Shown: positions 1 to 9,584 of the stretch, in pieces
Position numbering within the stretch: the stretch's first letter is position 1
Layout: each line of letters begins with the position of its first letter
NCBI GenBank assembly: GCA_041666965.1
Contig: JBAYFX010000003.1
Span: 1-59,179, forward strand
Direction: 5' to 3'
Source of the DNA: Candidatus Shapirobacteria bacterium
GTDB taxonomy: Bacteria > Patescibacteriota > Microgenomatia > UBA12405
Length of the DNA stretch: 59,179 nucleotides
The notes under the pieces: generated by a model
Database searches by the model: none
Told to the model about the DNA's origin: nothing
Seen by the model: the letters and a program-made list of their open reading frames with translations, nothing else
Made by a program: the position numbers and the translations under genes

Positions 1-1746
1 AAACTTATCAAACTCGTCTTTTTTAACATCAGGTTTAGCTAATATTTCCTGCCCTTGTTTAATTTTTTCTTCTAGTTTAGCTTTGTCTTCTGATTTAATT
101 TTATCCTTGGCTTCGGTAATGGTTTTTTGAGAGGCAAAAATGGTAGCATCCAGTTGATTACGAGATTCGGCCAATTGCCGTTTTTCTTCGTCATCTTTGG
201 CATGAATATCAGCTTCCTGTTTCATTTTATTTACCTCTTCCTCAGACAAATTAGTCGCATTTTGGATGGTAATTTTTTGTTCTTTGGCGGTTCCTTTATC
301 CTTGGCGGAGACTGAAAGAATTCCGTTGCTATCAATGTCAAAGGTCACCTCAATTTGAGGAGTACCACGGGCGGCAGCCGGAATGCCATCAAGTATAAAA
401 CGCCCCAGCGATTTATTGTCTTGGGCCATTGGACGCTCACCCTGGAGGACATTTATTTCCACTTGAGGTTGGTTGTCAGAATAAGTGGTAAACACTTGCG
501 ATTTACGCGTAGGTACTGTGGTATTGCGTTCGATTAAGGGAGTTTTCACCCCACCGGCGGTTTCAATCCCTAAAGTAAGGGGGGTAACGTCAAGTAAAAC
601 GACATCTTTTACTTCACCAGTCAATACGGCTCCTTGAACAGCCGCACCAATAGCCACAACTTCATCAGGATTGACCGTAGTGTTTAACTCCTTTCCAAAA
701 AAGTTCGAAACGACTTCTAGCACTTTAGGCATACGGGTCATACCACCAACCATAACAATATCGGTAATGTCTTCTTTGGTAAGCTTGGCGTCAGACAGGC
801 ACTTTTTAACAGGTTCTATGGTTTTAACAATCAGGTCATCAACTAGCTTTTCTAGCTCAGAACGAGTCAGCTTAACAGTTAGATGTAGTGGTGAGCCTGA
901 CTTCTGAGTAATAAAAGGTAAGTTTATTTCAGTTTCCGCGGTTGAAGATAGCTCAATTTTGGCTTTTTCAGCGGCTTCACGGATTCGTTGTAAGGCCTGA
1001 GGATCGGCGGATAAATCGACTCCTTGCTCTTTTTTAAATGATTCAAGTAACCAGTTGGTTATACGATGATCAAAATCATCTCCTCCCAAAAAGGTGTCGC
1101 CATTGGTTGCTTTTACCTCAAAAACACCATCACCAATTTCTAGTATTGAAATATCAAAAGTCCCACCACCCAAATCATAGACAGCAATAACTCCCTTTTG
1201 TTTTTTATCCAATCCGTAAGCTAAGGCAGCAGCCGTCGGTTCATTAACGATTCTTTTTACGTCAAGACCGGCAATTTCGCCAGCTTGCTTGGTGGCTTGG
1301 CGCTGTGAATCATCAAAATAGGCAGGTACAGTAATTACTGCTTGAGTTACTTTTTCTCCCAGATATCTCTCAGCATCGGCTTTAGCTTTTTGAAGTATCA
1401 TGGCTGAAATTTCTTGTGGAGTGTAGGTTTTCCCTTCAATTTCAACAACAGCAGTTTTATCTTTTCCGGCAACTATTTTATAAGCAACTGCTTTTTGAGT
1501 CCGAACGACTTGCTCGTCATCAATTCTTCGCCCCATTAAACGCTTAATTGAACTTACGGTATTGTGGGGATTTAATACCATTTGACGTTTTGCCAAATCA
1601 CCGACCAACTTTTTGACCGGCTCGACAACTGAGGGAATAGTATTACGACCTTCAGAGGACAAAATTACTTTCGCACGGCCACCTTCCATAACGGCTACAC
1701 AGGAATTAGTGGTACCAAGATCAATTCCAATTATTTTGTTAGACAT
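1..1746 (-). CDS. dnaK: Molecular chaperone DnaK (Hsp70); C-terminal end cut by window edge
   Basis: Missing from the ORF track because it is open at the edge. Reverse complement from ATG (1744-1746) reads [22 protein letters not shown]. Later hallmarks are [14 protein letters not shown] and [16 protein letters not shown]. 582 codons are in frame down to position 1. Confidence 0.95.
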   Translation of the reverse strand, partial: MSNKIIGIDLGTTNSCVAVMEGGRAKVILSSEGRNTIPSVVEPVKKLVGDLAKRQMVLNPHNTVSSIKRLMGRRIDDEQVVRTQKAVAYKIVAGKDKTAVVEIEGKTYTPQEISAMILQKAKADAERYLGEKVTQAVITVPAYFDDSQRQATKQAGEIAGLDVKRIVNEPTAAALAYGLDKKQKGVIAVYDLGGGTFDISILEIGDGVFEVKATNGDTFLGGDDFDHRITNWLLESFKKEQGVDLSADPQALQRIREAAEKAKIELSSTAETEINLPFITQKSGSPLHLTVKLTRSELEKLVDDLIVKTIEPVKKCLSDAKLTKEDITDIVMVGGMTRMPKVLEVVSNFFGKELNTTVNPDEVVAIGAAVQGAVLTGEVKDVVLLDVTPLTLGIETAGGVKTPLIERNTTVPTRKSQVFTTYSDNQPQVEINVLQGERPMAQDNKSLGRFILDGIPAAARGTPQIEVTFDIDSNGILSVSAKDKGTAKEQKITIQNATNLSEEEVNKMKQEADIHAKDDEEKRQLAESRNQLDATIFASQKTITEAKDKIKSEDKAKLEEKIKQGQEILAKPDVKKDEFDKF

Positions 1747-1788
1747 AGTTTTTATTTAATTTATTTAAAAAATAATGATATTAATTGA

Positions 1789-2244
1789 TTATGTAGAAGA
1801 AGGGTTTTTCCCTACTGAAACAGATACCGGTCTAATTACACGGTCATTATACAAATAACCCGGTTTGAGGATGGAGACTATTTTATTAACGTCTCCCTCA
1901 ACTGCCTCAAGACATTCCATGGTTTGAGGATCAAATTCAGTGCCCGGCGAGACTTCAATTTGACTGACACCCACAGATTTTAACGATTGATTGAATTTAT
2001 CTATGGCCATTTTAAGCCCTGGATCGTTTAAATGAGTGTTGGCTAAATATAAATCATCGAGAACTTCAATAAATTTTGCGGCTAAGGTGGTAGTAGTTAA
2101 AGTAATGTATAACAAGCGTTCCCGCTCAATTCTTTTTTCTAAGTTATCGTAATCAGCGAGTGTTCTTTTAAGTTTTTCTTCTAAATCATTCAGACGCACT
2201 GATAGCTTTGTATCCGCAACGGCGGTCGTTTGTTTTGGCTTCAT
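1789..2244 (-). CDS. grpE: Nucleotide exchange factor GrpE
   Basis: 151 aa with a coiled-coil N-terminus and a GrpE-type C-terminus (KPGYLYNDRVIRPVSVSV). Lies between hrcA and dnaK, 2 nt after the hrcA stop. Confidence 0.9.
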   Translation of the reverse strand: MKPKQTTAVADTKLSVRLNDLEEKLKRTLADYDNLEKRIERERLLYITLTTTTLAAKFIEVLDDLYLANTHLNDPGLKMAIDKFNQSLKSVGVSQIEVSPGTEFDPQTMECLEAVEGDVNKIVSILKPGYLYNDRVIRPVSVSVGKNPSST

Positions 2245-2246
2245 AG

Positions 2247-2987
2247 TTATCGATTAATTTGAGAAAGTAACTGAGCAAAATAATCAACTACAGGAACTAC
2301 TCGTTGATAATGAAAACGAGCAGGCCCGACTACCCCCACAATACCCTGATGAGGGCCAGATTGGTAGGTTTGATACACAAAACCACACGGCTCAAGATGC
2401 TCAACCCCCAAATCCTCTCCAATTAACAAATGGACTAATTCGTCCTGAAAAAAGGCATCAGTGGAATTGGCTTTGGCAACAATGTCAAACCAATAAGCTG
2501 AGTTATCAATTAAAGATAATATGGTTTTAGTAACATCTATATTAAAAAATTCAGGTTGTTCAAGTAGATGAGAAGCGCCGTAACTGTAAACGGTACCTTG
2601 ATCAGTAGTAGTGATGGCCAAAGTGCGGGTACGTTGAGCTAACTCACGAGTGGCGGCTTTGAGTAAACCATCAAATTGGTTGCGGTAATCCCAGACTTTT
2701 TCCTTAACTCCAATTTCTTCGGATACAGCTAAGTTTTTTGGGGTCATGAGATTGCGAACGTAATATTTAAGACCCATTGAAGTAGGCGCCCTACCAGCAG
2801 ATAAATGGCTTTTTTTAAGGTAGCCTAAATTCGTTAAACTGGCCATCTCATTTCTTATGGTGGCAGAGGAAACTCCAAGATTAAACTTTTTTTCTAAATT
2901 TTCAGAACCGACAGGACCAGCCGAATCAATAAACTCTTCGACGATACATTTTAATATTTTGATTTGGCGTTGGGTTAAATCAGGCAT
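2247..2987 (-). CDS. hrcA: Heat-inducible transcription repressor HrcA (short form, 246 aa)
   Basis: N-terminal winged-helix region LTQRQIKILKCIVEEFIDSAGPVGSENL...SSATIRNEMASLTNLGYL is typical HrcA. Heads an hrcA-grpE-dnaK operon. Confidence 0.9.
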   Translation of the reverse strand: MPDLTQRQIKILKCIVEEFIDSAGPVGSENLEKKFNLGVSSATIRNEMASLTNLGYLKKSHLSAGRAPTSMGLKYYVRNLMTPKNLAVSEEIGVKEKVWDYRNQFDGLLKAATRELAQRTRTLAITTTDQGTVYSYGASHLLEQPEFFNIDVTKTILSLIDNSAYWFDIVAKANSTDAFFQDELVHLLIGEDLGVEHLEPCGFVYQTYQSGPHQGIVGVVGPARFHYQRVVPVVDYFAQLLSQINR

Positions 2988-2988
2988 G

Positions 2989-3015
2989 TTAGCAATATAA
3001 TAGGGGGACTGCTAA
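2989..3015 (-). promoter_or_regulatory. CIRCE-like inverted repeat (HrcA operator)
   Basis: The sense strand reads TTAGCAGTC-N9-TATTGCTAA. The CIRCE consensus is TTAGCACTC-N9-GAGTGCTAA, giving 8/9 and 7/9 matches. It ends 1 nt before the hrcA ATG. Confidence 0.5.
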
Positions 3016-3025
3016 AAGATGTCAA
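2997..3025 (-). promoter_or_regulatory. Sigma70-like promoter of hrcA (TTGACA-17-TATTAT)
   Basis: Sense-strand TTGACA (3020-3025), a 17-nt spacer, then TATTAT (2997-3002). Only 9 nt separate the -10 from the ATG at 2987. The promoter overlaps the CIRCE-like repeat. Confidence 0.45.
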
Positions 3026-3029
3026 GGAG

Positions 3030-3293
3030 TTAAAAGAGATAAAGGCTGAGAAGGTAAGTTATGACAAAAGGCACAAACCAAACTAATAATTTATCGGCGA
3101 GAAATAAACTTATGAAAGAAACTAGAGTTAAAAATAATAGACACAAAAAGAAAGCTACCTTTGGGGGTGAGGAGGGGGTAAAGTAGCTTAAGTAAAGCAT
3201 TAAAAACGACAGCATAACCAAAAAGGGAGTATAACGACTGGTTGACTTAACCCAAATCGGTTCGAGCCTAAGTTGACGCTTATTTAATTTCAT
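3030..3293 (-). CDS. Small hypothetical membrane protein (87 aa)
   Basis: ORF with 2-3 hydrophobic helices. Overlaps the rmuC stop by 14 nt. No recognisable family. Confidence 0.4.
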   Translation of the reverse strand: MKLNKRQLRLEPIWVKSTSRYTPFLVMLSFLMLYLSYFTPSSPPKVAFFLCLLFLTLVSFISLFLADKLLVWFVPFVITYLLSLYLF

Positions 3294-4419
3294 CTAATCG
3301 GGTTTGAATTTCGAGAGCCGTCTGACCTGAGTCAGTCGAACTTTCTAACCTAATCTTATCAACAACACGAAGTAATTGGCGGGAACGGGTGGTATCAACT
3401 TTTTCAAACTGTTCACTTACAGATTTAATTCTATTGCCTAGCAGAGTAACACTCTCGTTGTATTCGTTAAACTGTTTGAGAAACTCATTAATATGGTTCA
3501 CTATTTGCTGGATGTTTTTTTGAAAATGAAAGTTTTCGTGGGCTTGCTGTATTAATCTAATTAAAGCAGTGAAACCAAAGGGTCCGGCTAGAACCACCTT
3601 TTTCTGGAAAGCTTCCTGTCTTAAGTCCGAATATTTCTCGTAAATGTAGCTAAATATCATTTCGTTGGGAATAAAAAGTACTACGAAATCAACAGTATTA
3701 TCTGAAGGATTAATATATTCCCGAGTGGTTACTTCTTTAATTTTTGTTTTGACAGAGGCATGGAAAGCTGAAGAATACTGTTCTTTCAAAACCGGGTCTT
3801 CAGCTTCAGTCATTTTTACCAAGTTGGTGTAGGGAAACTTAACATCCACGTTTACTTTTAAACCGTTGGGCATGAGGATGGTAATGTCAGGGCGAGAAGA
3901 CGAGGTGCCAGTTGTTTGTTTTTGATAGTTTATGCCTTCAACGAAACCGGAAGATTTTAACAATTCTTCAGCAACTTCTTCCCCAAACTGTCCTCTCATT
4001 TGATTATTACTTAGAACCTTCTTCAAGCCATCGGCGGTAGCGGAGAGTTGCTGAGTCAGACTCTTTTGTTCATCTAGTTTTTGAGATAAAGCTGAAAAGC
4101 TTCCAACTCTTTCTTTTTCAGCAGCTTCAAGTTTATTCTGATTACGGTTTAACTCTTCCAGTACCTGACTTATCATCTTTTCAATAGCTTCTTTTTTATT
4201 GGTTAGGTCTACGTTAATTTCATCTTTTTTAGCTCCAAGTTTCTGATCAGCCATAGTTATTAAGCTATCATTGGCTGATTTAATAAGTTGGGGAAAAAGT
4301 TCATTTAGTTTGTTGGCGATTTCTATTGATACATCGGCAGGTTTGGAAAAGCCCTGACGAATAATAAAAAATACTAATAAGCCGATAGTAATTGAGAGAA
4401 GTATATAAACTAAAATCAT
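3280..4419 (-). CDS. rmuC: DNA recombination protein RmuC
   Basis: N-terminal TM helix, long coiled coil and a C-terminal RmuC nuclease-like core (VDFVVLFIPNEMIFSYI, LAGPFGFTALIRLI). Confidence 0.8.
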   Translation of the reverse strand: MILVYILLSITIGLLVFFIIRQGFSKPADVSIEIANKLNELFPQLIKSANDSLITMADQKLGAKKDEINVDLTNKKEAIEKMISQVLEELNRNQNKLEAAEKERVGSFSALSQKLDEQKSLTQQLSATADGLKKVLSNNQMRGQFGEEVAEELLKSSGFVEGINYQKQTTGTSSSRPDITILMPNGLKVNVDVKFPYTNLVKMTEAEDPVLKEQYSSAFHASVKTKIKEVTTREYINPSDNTVDFVVLFIPNEMIFSYIYEKYSDLRQEAFQKKVVLAGPFGFTALIRLIQQAHENFHFQKNIQQIVNHINEFLKQFNEYNESVTLLGNRIKSVSEQFEKVDTTRSRQLLRVVDKIRLESSTDSGQTALEIQTRLDEIK

Positions 4420-4455
4420 GGGTTAATCTTACCCGAAGATAAGCCGAATGTCGAG

Positions 4456-7400
4456 TTATTTTTGGACTAACTGATGAAACCCGTGACGGTCTTTACACTC
4501 CGGAGAGGAGGGAAATTCCAGAGCAAGAATTTTTTGATAAACATCCTTAATTTGGCCTTTTACGGCTTCCAAATCATCAGAACTAAAAACAAAATCCTTT
4601 TTAACAAAATTAGATGTACGAGGGCTAGGCATGACAAAATCAATGGTGCCGGAAACTATGTTGAATTTAAAGTCAGGCGTCAGTTGACCTAAAATTTGAT
4701 AAAAAACCAGCTGGCGAAAGTAATCTCCCCCGGACTTAAGTTCTTCGTATTTAGAATCCGGATTACCGGTTTTGAAATCAACCACATTAACATCAGGCCT
4801 AGGGGTCGAATTAAGAATCTCAATTTTGTCAATTTTTCCGGTTAAAGGAATGTTTTCTAAATGGACGTTTAGTGGCTTAAAGTCAAAATCGGTTATGACA
4901 TTAGGACTTAATTCCGACTGATAATGATTGTAATAATCCGAGATTAGTTGGTAACCGCGAGAAATAGACTCCTCCTGATCTTTTTGGGTTAAATTCTCCT
5001 CAAGCAAATATTGCTCGAAACGACTAAGCAGTAGTGGTAACTCAAGCACTTTACCGCTTGATTTAAGGTTATTTAGCAAATGGGAAAAAGCGCGATGAAT
5101 GGCAGTCCCCAGTGAGCTGTACTTATCTTTTGGTGAGGGAATTCTTAAAACAGTTTGGTAGTAGAAACATAGAGGACATTTCAAGTAGGAATTAAGGTGA
5201 GTAACATTTAGCCGATAGCTGGTACTAAGATAGCTTTTTAAAAAGGCTTCGGTTTGGGGTGACTTTAATGGTTTGGGTAAAGTTGGCAAATATAGCTGTA
5301 CTAATCCGTTTTTAATGTTCGATTTTGGAACATTTATCCATTCAATGAGTTGGGGGTCAACCTCGGATAAAAACTGTGAAGGTAATAATTCCCGATCTGC
5401 GTTGGTGTGAGTGGGATAGGTAATATATATTTGTTTTTTGGCACGGGTTAAAGCAACATAGAATAATCGACGCTCATCTTCGTTGTCTTGTTCAATCTGA
5501 TGAAGCGCAAGTTCGGTTTTCACCAATCCCCAGGGAAGAGTTAAGGAATCATGGTGGCGATTGTTACCCCACTTTTTATCTAAAAACTTAATAATAAATA
5601 CGTGTTCAAACTCCAGTCCTTTAGCCTTATGAACGGTCATTAAGCGGACACAATTTTCATAGTCATAGTCTAGAGGTTGAGGAAACAGAGACAAGTGATT
5701 GTCTTTCATTAATCCAAGGCGGTTAAGAAAAGCGGCCAAGCTATGATGTTCGTCTATCGTTTGCTTTTTAAATTCCTGATAGAAACAATTTAGGATATTT
5801 ATTAATTCTATGTTGTTTTGAGAAGTAATATGGGCTAAATATCCAAATTTCCGGATAACCCGATTAAAATACCGGTCTGGCGAATAGATAGTTAGCCACT
5901 TTTGAGATAAAGCCACTCGACGACGAAAATTGGCAAGGCGTTTGACAGTTATTGGTTTCAAAACTGTTTTTAGAGGCTCAGGTAATCGGGGGCTTAAAAT
6001 AACAACAGATAAATCTAGGTGATGGCGCTGGCAATATAGATTAAGCTGAAAGAGGTCGACAAAGCCAATTCGAAGAAAGGAGTAGCTTAACAGTATGTAG
6101 AGTAAATGTGAATCAGTGGGGTTTTGAAGATAATTGAGTAGAGTTATTAGTTGAGCGATATAAGGGTTCGTTAAAATATCAGTACCCGTTTCAAGATGAA
6201 ACTCGATATTATGAGCCAAAAGAACTTCGATTAAATCTGTTACGTCAGCATTAGCCCGAAACAAAACGGCAATTTCTGAAGCCTTAACTCCGTCTTTTAA
6301 CAAGTTTTGAATTGCCTGGACAATATATAGGTTTTCCGAAAACGGATTGGGGGCAGCAAAAACATTGAGAGGGGTTGGATCAAAAGTCGAGTGGGAAACC
6401 AGCGACTTGTCAATATTCTCAATTAAGTTGGCAATTCTATATTTATTTTGATTAATAACACTTTTACTAGAGTCAAGTATCAACTGGTGACTACGATAAT
6501 TATTATTTAGAACAATGGGCAATGATGTTGTAGGTTTGAGGTACTTAAGATAAAAGTGATAAATATTCTCAATTGCCGCTCCCTGGAAACGAAAGATTGA
6601 TTGGTCGTCGTCACCAACCACAAAAAGATTGGGTTGATCAAAATAAGAGGATAGTAAGTCGATGATGGCGTTTTGAGAGGCGTTGGTATCTTGGTACTCG
6701 TCAACTAAAAGGTATAGATATTTTTCCTGGTACTCCAATAACAAATCAGGATCGGACTCAAAAGAATTCAGGACGAATAAAATCATGTCGTCATAATCAT
6801 ATCGACTACGCTTAACTAACTCTTGCTGGTAACAGGAATAAAGATTTTGTAGCTCTAATTGCTTGGGAATATTTTTTTCTAAACGGTCAAAAAAACTAAT
6901 TAGAAAATTCTTAAAATTGACGTCGGGGCTCTTTGCCTTACCTTCCGTGAATTTATTCTCTTGAAACAAATTGAAGTAGTAGGCTAATACATTATAGATT
7001 GATTCTGGAAGGTTGGGTTGGCTAATTAGCTGAGTGGTTAAATCAATAATTTGGGAGTTGAGTGCTTTACTAGCCCGAAGCGTTTTAATTTTTGAATAAA
7101 AAGACTGGGTATTTGTTAAAAAATGAGATTGGGCTTCGATCAAGTTTAACAAAGAGGCGGGAGTTATGTTTTCTCGTTTTAAGTCGCTGATGCGACCAAT
7201 TACATCACGCTGGTAGTAATAATGGTCGCCCCAAGGCTTAAGTAGGGCTCCAACCGGAAGCTGGTCAATTAAAGATTTAATTATTTCAATTTTTTCCAGT
7301 TCATCCAAAGGTTTAATGTCTGAGGCAAAAATAAAACTTTGAGGATGGGTACTTATGATTTCATTACAAAAAGAATGAAAGGTAAAAATACCAACTCTAT

Positions 7401-7656
7401 AGGCAGCCGGTCCAATAATTGAAATTAATCTTTGCCTCATATTTAAGGCAGCGTTTTCAGTAAAAGTTAAACAAAGAATTGAACCTGGGGGAGCCTGAGT
7501 AATTCGTAGAATATTGGCGATTCTGAGAGCAATAGTTTGAGTTTTACCGGTACCAGCTCCGGCCACAACCATTACCGGGCCTTCAATAGTATCAACAGCA
7601 ATCTTTTGTTGCGGGTTTAAACTCCGATATTTATTTTCAAACTTTTCAAGATCCAC
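4456..7656 (-). CDS. UvrD/AddA-type SF1 helicase fused to a PD-(D/E)XK (RecB-family) nuclease; GTG start
   Basis: Walker A VAGAGTGKT and motif II LLVDEYQDTN. The C-terminal nuclease motifs are LTGKIDKIE, VNVVDFKTG and FRQLVFYQ. 1066 aa. Confidence 0.8.
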   Translation of the reverse strand: MDLEKFENKYRSLNPQQKIAVDTIEGPVMVVAGAGTGKTQTIALRIANILRITQAPPGSILCLTFTENAALNMRQRLISIIGPAAYRVGIFTFHSFCNEIISTHPQSFIFASDIKPLDELEKIEIIKSLIDQLPVGALLKPWGDHYYYQRDVIGRISDLKRENITPASLLNLIEAQSHFLTNTQSFYSKIKTLRASKALNSQIIDLTTQLISQPNLPESIYNVLAYYFNLFQENKFTEGKAKSPDVNFKNFLISFFDRLEKNIPKQLELQNLYSCYQQELVKRSRYDYDDMILFVLNSFESDPDLLLEYQEKYLYLLVDEYQDTNASQNAIIDLLSSYFDQPNLFVVGDDDQSIFRFQGAAIENIYHFYLKYLKPTTSLPIVLNNNYRSHQLILDSSKSVINQNKYRIANLIENIDKSLVSHSTFDPTPLNVFAAPNPFSENLYIVQAIQNLLKDGVKASEIAVLFRANADVTDLIEVLLAHNIEFHLETGTDILTNPYIAQLITLLNYLQNPTDSHLLYILLSYSFLRIGFVDLFQLNLYCQRHHLDLSVVILSPRLPEPLKTVLKPITVKRLANFRRRVALSQKWLTIYSPDRYFNRVIRKFGYLAHITSQNNIELINILNCFYQEFKKQTIDEHHSLAAFLNRLGLMKDNHLSLFPQPLDYDYENCVRLMTVHKAKGLEFEHVFIIKFLDKKWGNNRHHDSLTLPWGLVKTELALHQIEQDNEDERRLFYVALTRAKKQIYITYPTHTNADRELLPSQFLSEVDPQLIEWINVPKSNIKNGLVQLYLPTLPKPLKSPQTEAFLKSYLSTSYRLNVTHLNSYLKCPLCFYYQTVLRIPSPKDKYSSLGTAIHRAFSHLLNNLKSSGKVLELPLLLSRFEQYLLEENLTQKDQEESISRGYQLISDYYNHYQSELSPNVITDFDFKPLNVHLENIPLTGKIDKIEILNSTPRPDVNVVDFKTGNPDSKYEELKSGGDYFRQLVFYQILGQLTPDFKFNIVSGTIDFVMPSPRTSNFVKKDFVFSSDDLEAVKGQIKDVYQKILALEFPSSPECKDRHGFHQLVQK

Positions 7657-7677
7657 TAACTATTATATCGTTTTGTA

Positions 7678-8049
7678 CTAGCGGTTTTGGAAAACATCTA
7701 GGTAACCCTCAGAAGACCCTGAGTTACCATTATTCTCAGACTCTTCAACGTCAATTTGAACCAAAGCCTGCTTAAAATGATTATCTAAGCCGCCAAATAT
7801 TTTGGCCATCAACGAACCCTGAGTTGTGCCTGAATTAGTACTACTACCCGGAGCTGAAGTTCTTGCCGCCAATACCTGTTCGTCTGTTTCAGAATTGGGT
7901 TGGGCTAAAATTTGCGCCTGCTGATTTTCTGAGGCCCACTGATTAACCAGAAGGCGATGGGTAATAACAGAACTGGTGACACTGGCGGTTAATGAAACTA
8001 TTACGGTAACTAAAGTCCAAGTAATTAATTGATTGGTATTTATTTTCAT
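7678..8049 (-). CDS. Hypothetical membrane-anchored protein (123 aa)
   Basis: N-terminal TM helix (WTLVTVIVSLTASVTSSVI) followed by a polar Ser/Asn/Gly-rich tail. No family recognised. Confidence 0.45.
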   Translation of the reverse strand: MKINTNQLITWTLVTVIVSLTASVTSSVITHRLLVNQWASENQQAQILAQPNSETDEQVLAARTSAPGSSTNSGTTQGSLMAKIFGGLDNHFKQALVQIDVEESENNGNSGSSEGYLDVFQNR

Positions 8050-8057
8050 GTATTTTT

Positions 8058-9524
8058 TTAACGAGTAAATCTACGTGTAGGTCTAACAAAATCTGTTGGG
8101 ATACTAAATGGTACCGAAGGTTTAGTTGTAACAACAGGGTTAGGAAAACTGGTAGGATTGGGTTTAACAAAATCTGTTGGGAGACTTAAAGGTACGGAGG
8201 GAATAATTGTTACAACGTTGTTCAAAGCACCAGTCGGATTAATGTAGATGGTCGGAGCCCTAGTAACTGAAGGACGAGGGGTTCCTAGCAAGTTATTATC
8301 GCTTCTGGTTCGTGATGGCCAGGGGAAAGGAGTTGAGTTAGTACCACCTCCAAATGATCCTCCTCCCATTGGTGCGGAGCTAGTAGTCGGAAACTTACAG
8401 GCACTTAAAGTTTTGTCTGTGGGCTTTTTTCCGGCAGCTACCTGCTTTTGAATTCGATCATAGAAGCCATAAAAGATATGGAACATGTCTTCAAGATTGT
8501 ACTTGGCTGCTCTCATGTGCATGGTTGTGTCTTCTTTACACTTCGTATTACCTTTACAGTTGGTAGCATTTAAAACGTTGTGAGCTGTCCAATATTCCCA
8601 CTTGGCGCCATGGGCAGTGTAAGGACGACTGGAGCGGGCTTCGTCAAAAAGCACAAAATTAAAAGTTTCCCAAGGCCGTTTAGAATCATGGATTTCAGCG
8701 GTCTGATACCAATCGGTTTTAAAACGTGATCCCATTGAGGCCATATAGCTTTGGTAATAGCTAATGTCAAACCCAGACTGACCAAGCCGAGGAGCTAAAC
8801 AATCTACATACAAGACTAAATCCTGAATATACTTGGAAAAATTCAAAAGCCGCTGACTAAAAACTCGCGCAGCAATCGATTTGGCCTGATCACGAAGAAT
8901 TTGGTTATCAGTATAGGCCTGAACACTGTCTATGGCTTTTTGAATGTCGGTTATGGTTTTGGCAGCAGCAAATTGAGAGGAAAATTTCTCAAATTGAATC
9001 AACTGAGTATTAAAAAAGGCCTTAAGATCAGCTTTTAATTTTTCGTCAACATTTAGGGCAGGATCAGTAGGACATGGGTCGTCAATATTTTCACAGATTC
9101 CGTCATTCAACCAGGGTTTAGATAAGTTTAAATTCAACATCTTTTGTAAACGGTCACGATGGGCACTTACTGCCAGTTGGGCACGAGCGTAAACCTCGGG
9201 AAAGACAGCAGCCTGAAGTTCGGGGTTGCTATCTCTTTGTTCCAAAGTTTCTTGGAGCTGGCGCCTTATGGCCCGCATTTCGTTCATGTATTCATCACTT
9301 CGGAAGTATTTAACCGTATCGTTTACCTCATCGACTGTGTATCCAACTGTTTCACGCATAAAATTGCCCGGTTGAGGGAAATTAGGATCGTCTGGAGTGG
9401 GATATAAGCCTTCGGAGTTAACAGGGGGAGTGTACTCGGTTGTAATGGTTAAGGCACGACTGGTAAGCGGAAACAACAGACAAATAAGAATAAGTACGAA
9501 TAGCATTTTTTTATTTAGTCTCAT
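8058..9524 (-). CDS. Secreted hypothetical protein (488 aa) with a repeated Pro-rich C-terminus
   Basis: Signal peptide MRLNKKMLFVLILICLLFPLTSRA. The C-terminus repeats PSVPLSLPTDFVKP / PSVPFSIPTDFVRP. No family recognised. Confidence 0.6.
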   Translation of the reverse strand: MRLNKKMLFVLILICLLFPLTSRALTITTEYTPPVNSEGLYPTPDDPNFPQPGNFMRETVGYTVDEVNDTVKYFRSDEYMNEMRAIRRQLQETLEQRDSNPELQAAVFPEVYARAQLAVSAHRDRLQKMLNLNLSKPWLNDGICENIDDPCPTDPALNVDEKLKADLKAFFNTQLIQFEKFSSQFAAAKTITDIQKAIDSVQAYTDNQILRDQAKSIAARVFSQRLLNFSKYIQDLVLYVDCLAPRLGQSGFDISYYQSYMASMGSRFKTDWYQTAEIHDSKRPWETFNFVLFDEARSSRPYTAHGAKWEYWTAHNVLNATNCKGNTKCKEDTTMHMRAAKYNLEDMFHIFYGFYDRIQKQVAAGKKPTDKTLSACKFPTTSSAPMGGGSFGGGTNSTPFPWPSRTRSDNNLLGTPRPSVTRAPTIYINPTGALNNVVTIIPSVPLSLPTDFVKPNPTSFPNPVVTTKPSVPFSIPTDFVRPTRRFTR

Positions 9525-9584
9525 ATTTGTTTATTGACCAGTTAAGTTAGCTACAAATACTTAATCAAAAAGTGATACCAAATG

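Noticed and set aside
3280-7656. The adjacent RmuC and 1066-aa helicase-nuclease genes. I considered them as an anti-phage defence pair.
   Set aside because: Both look like ordinary recombination/repair genes (RmuC, AddA/UvrD-RecB-type). They are embedded among chaperone and translation genes. There are no accompanying methyltransferase, sensor or effector genes and no mobile-element hallmarks.
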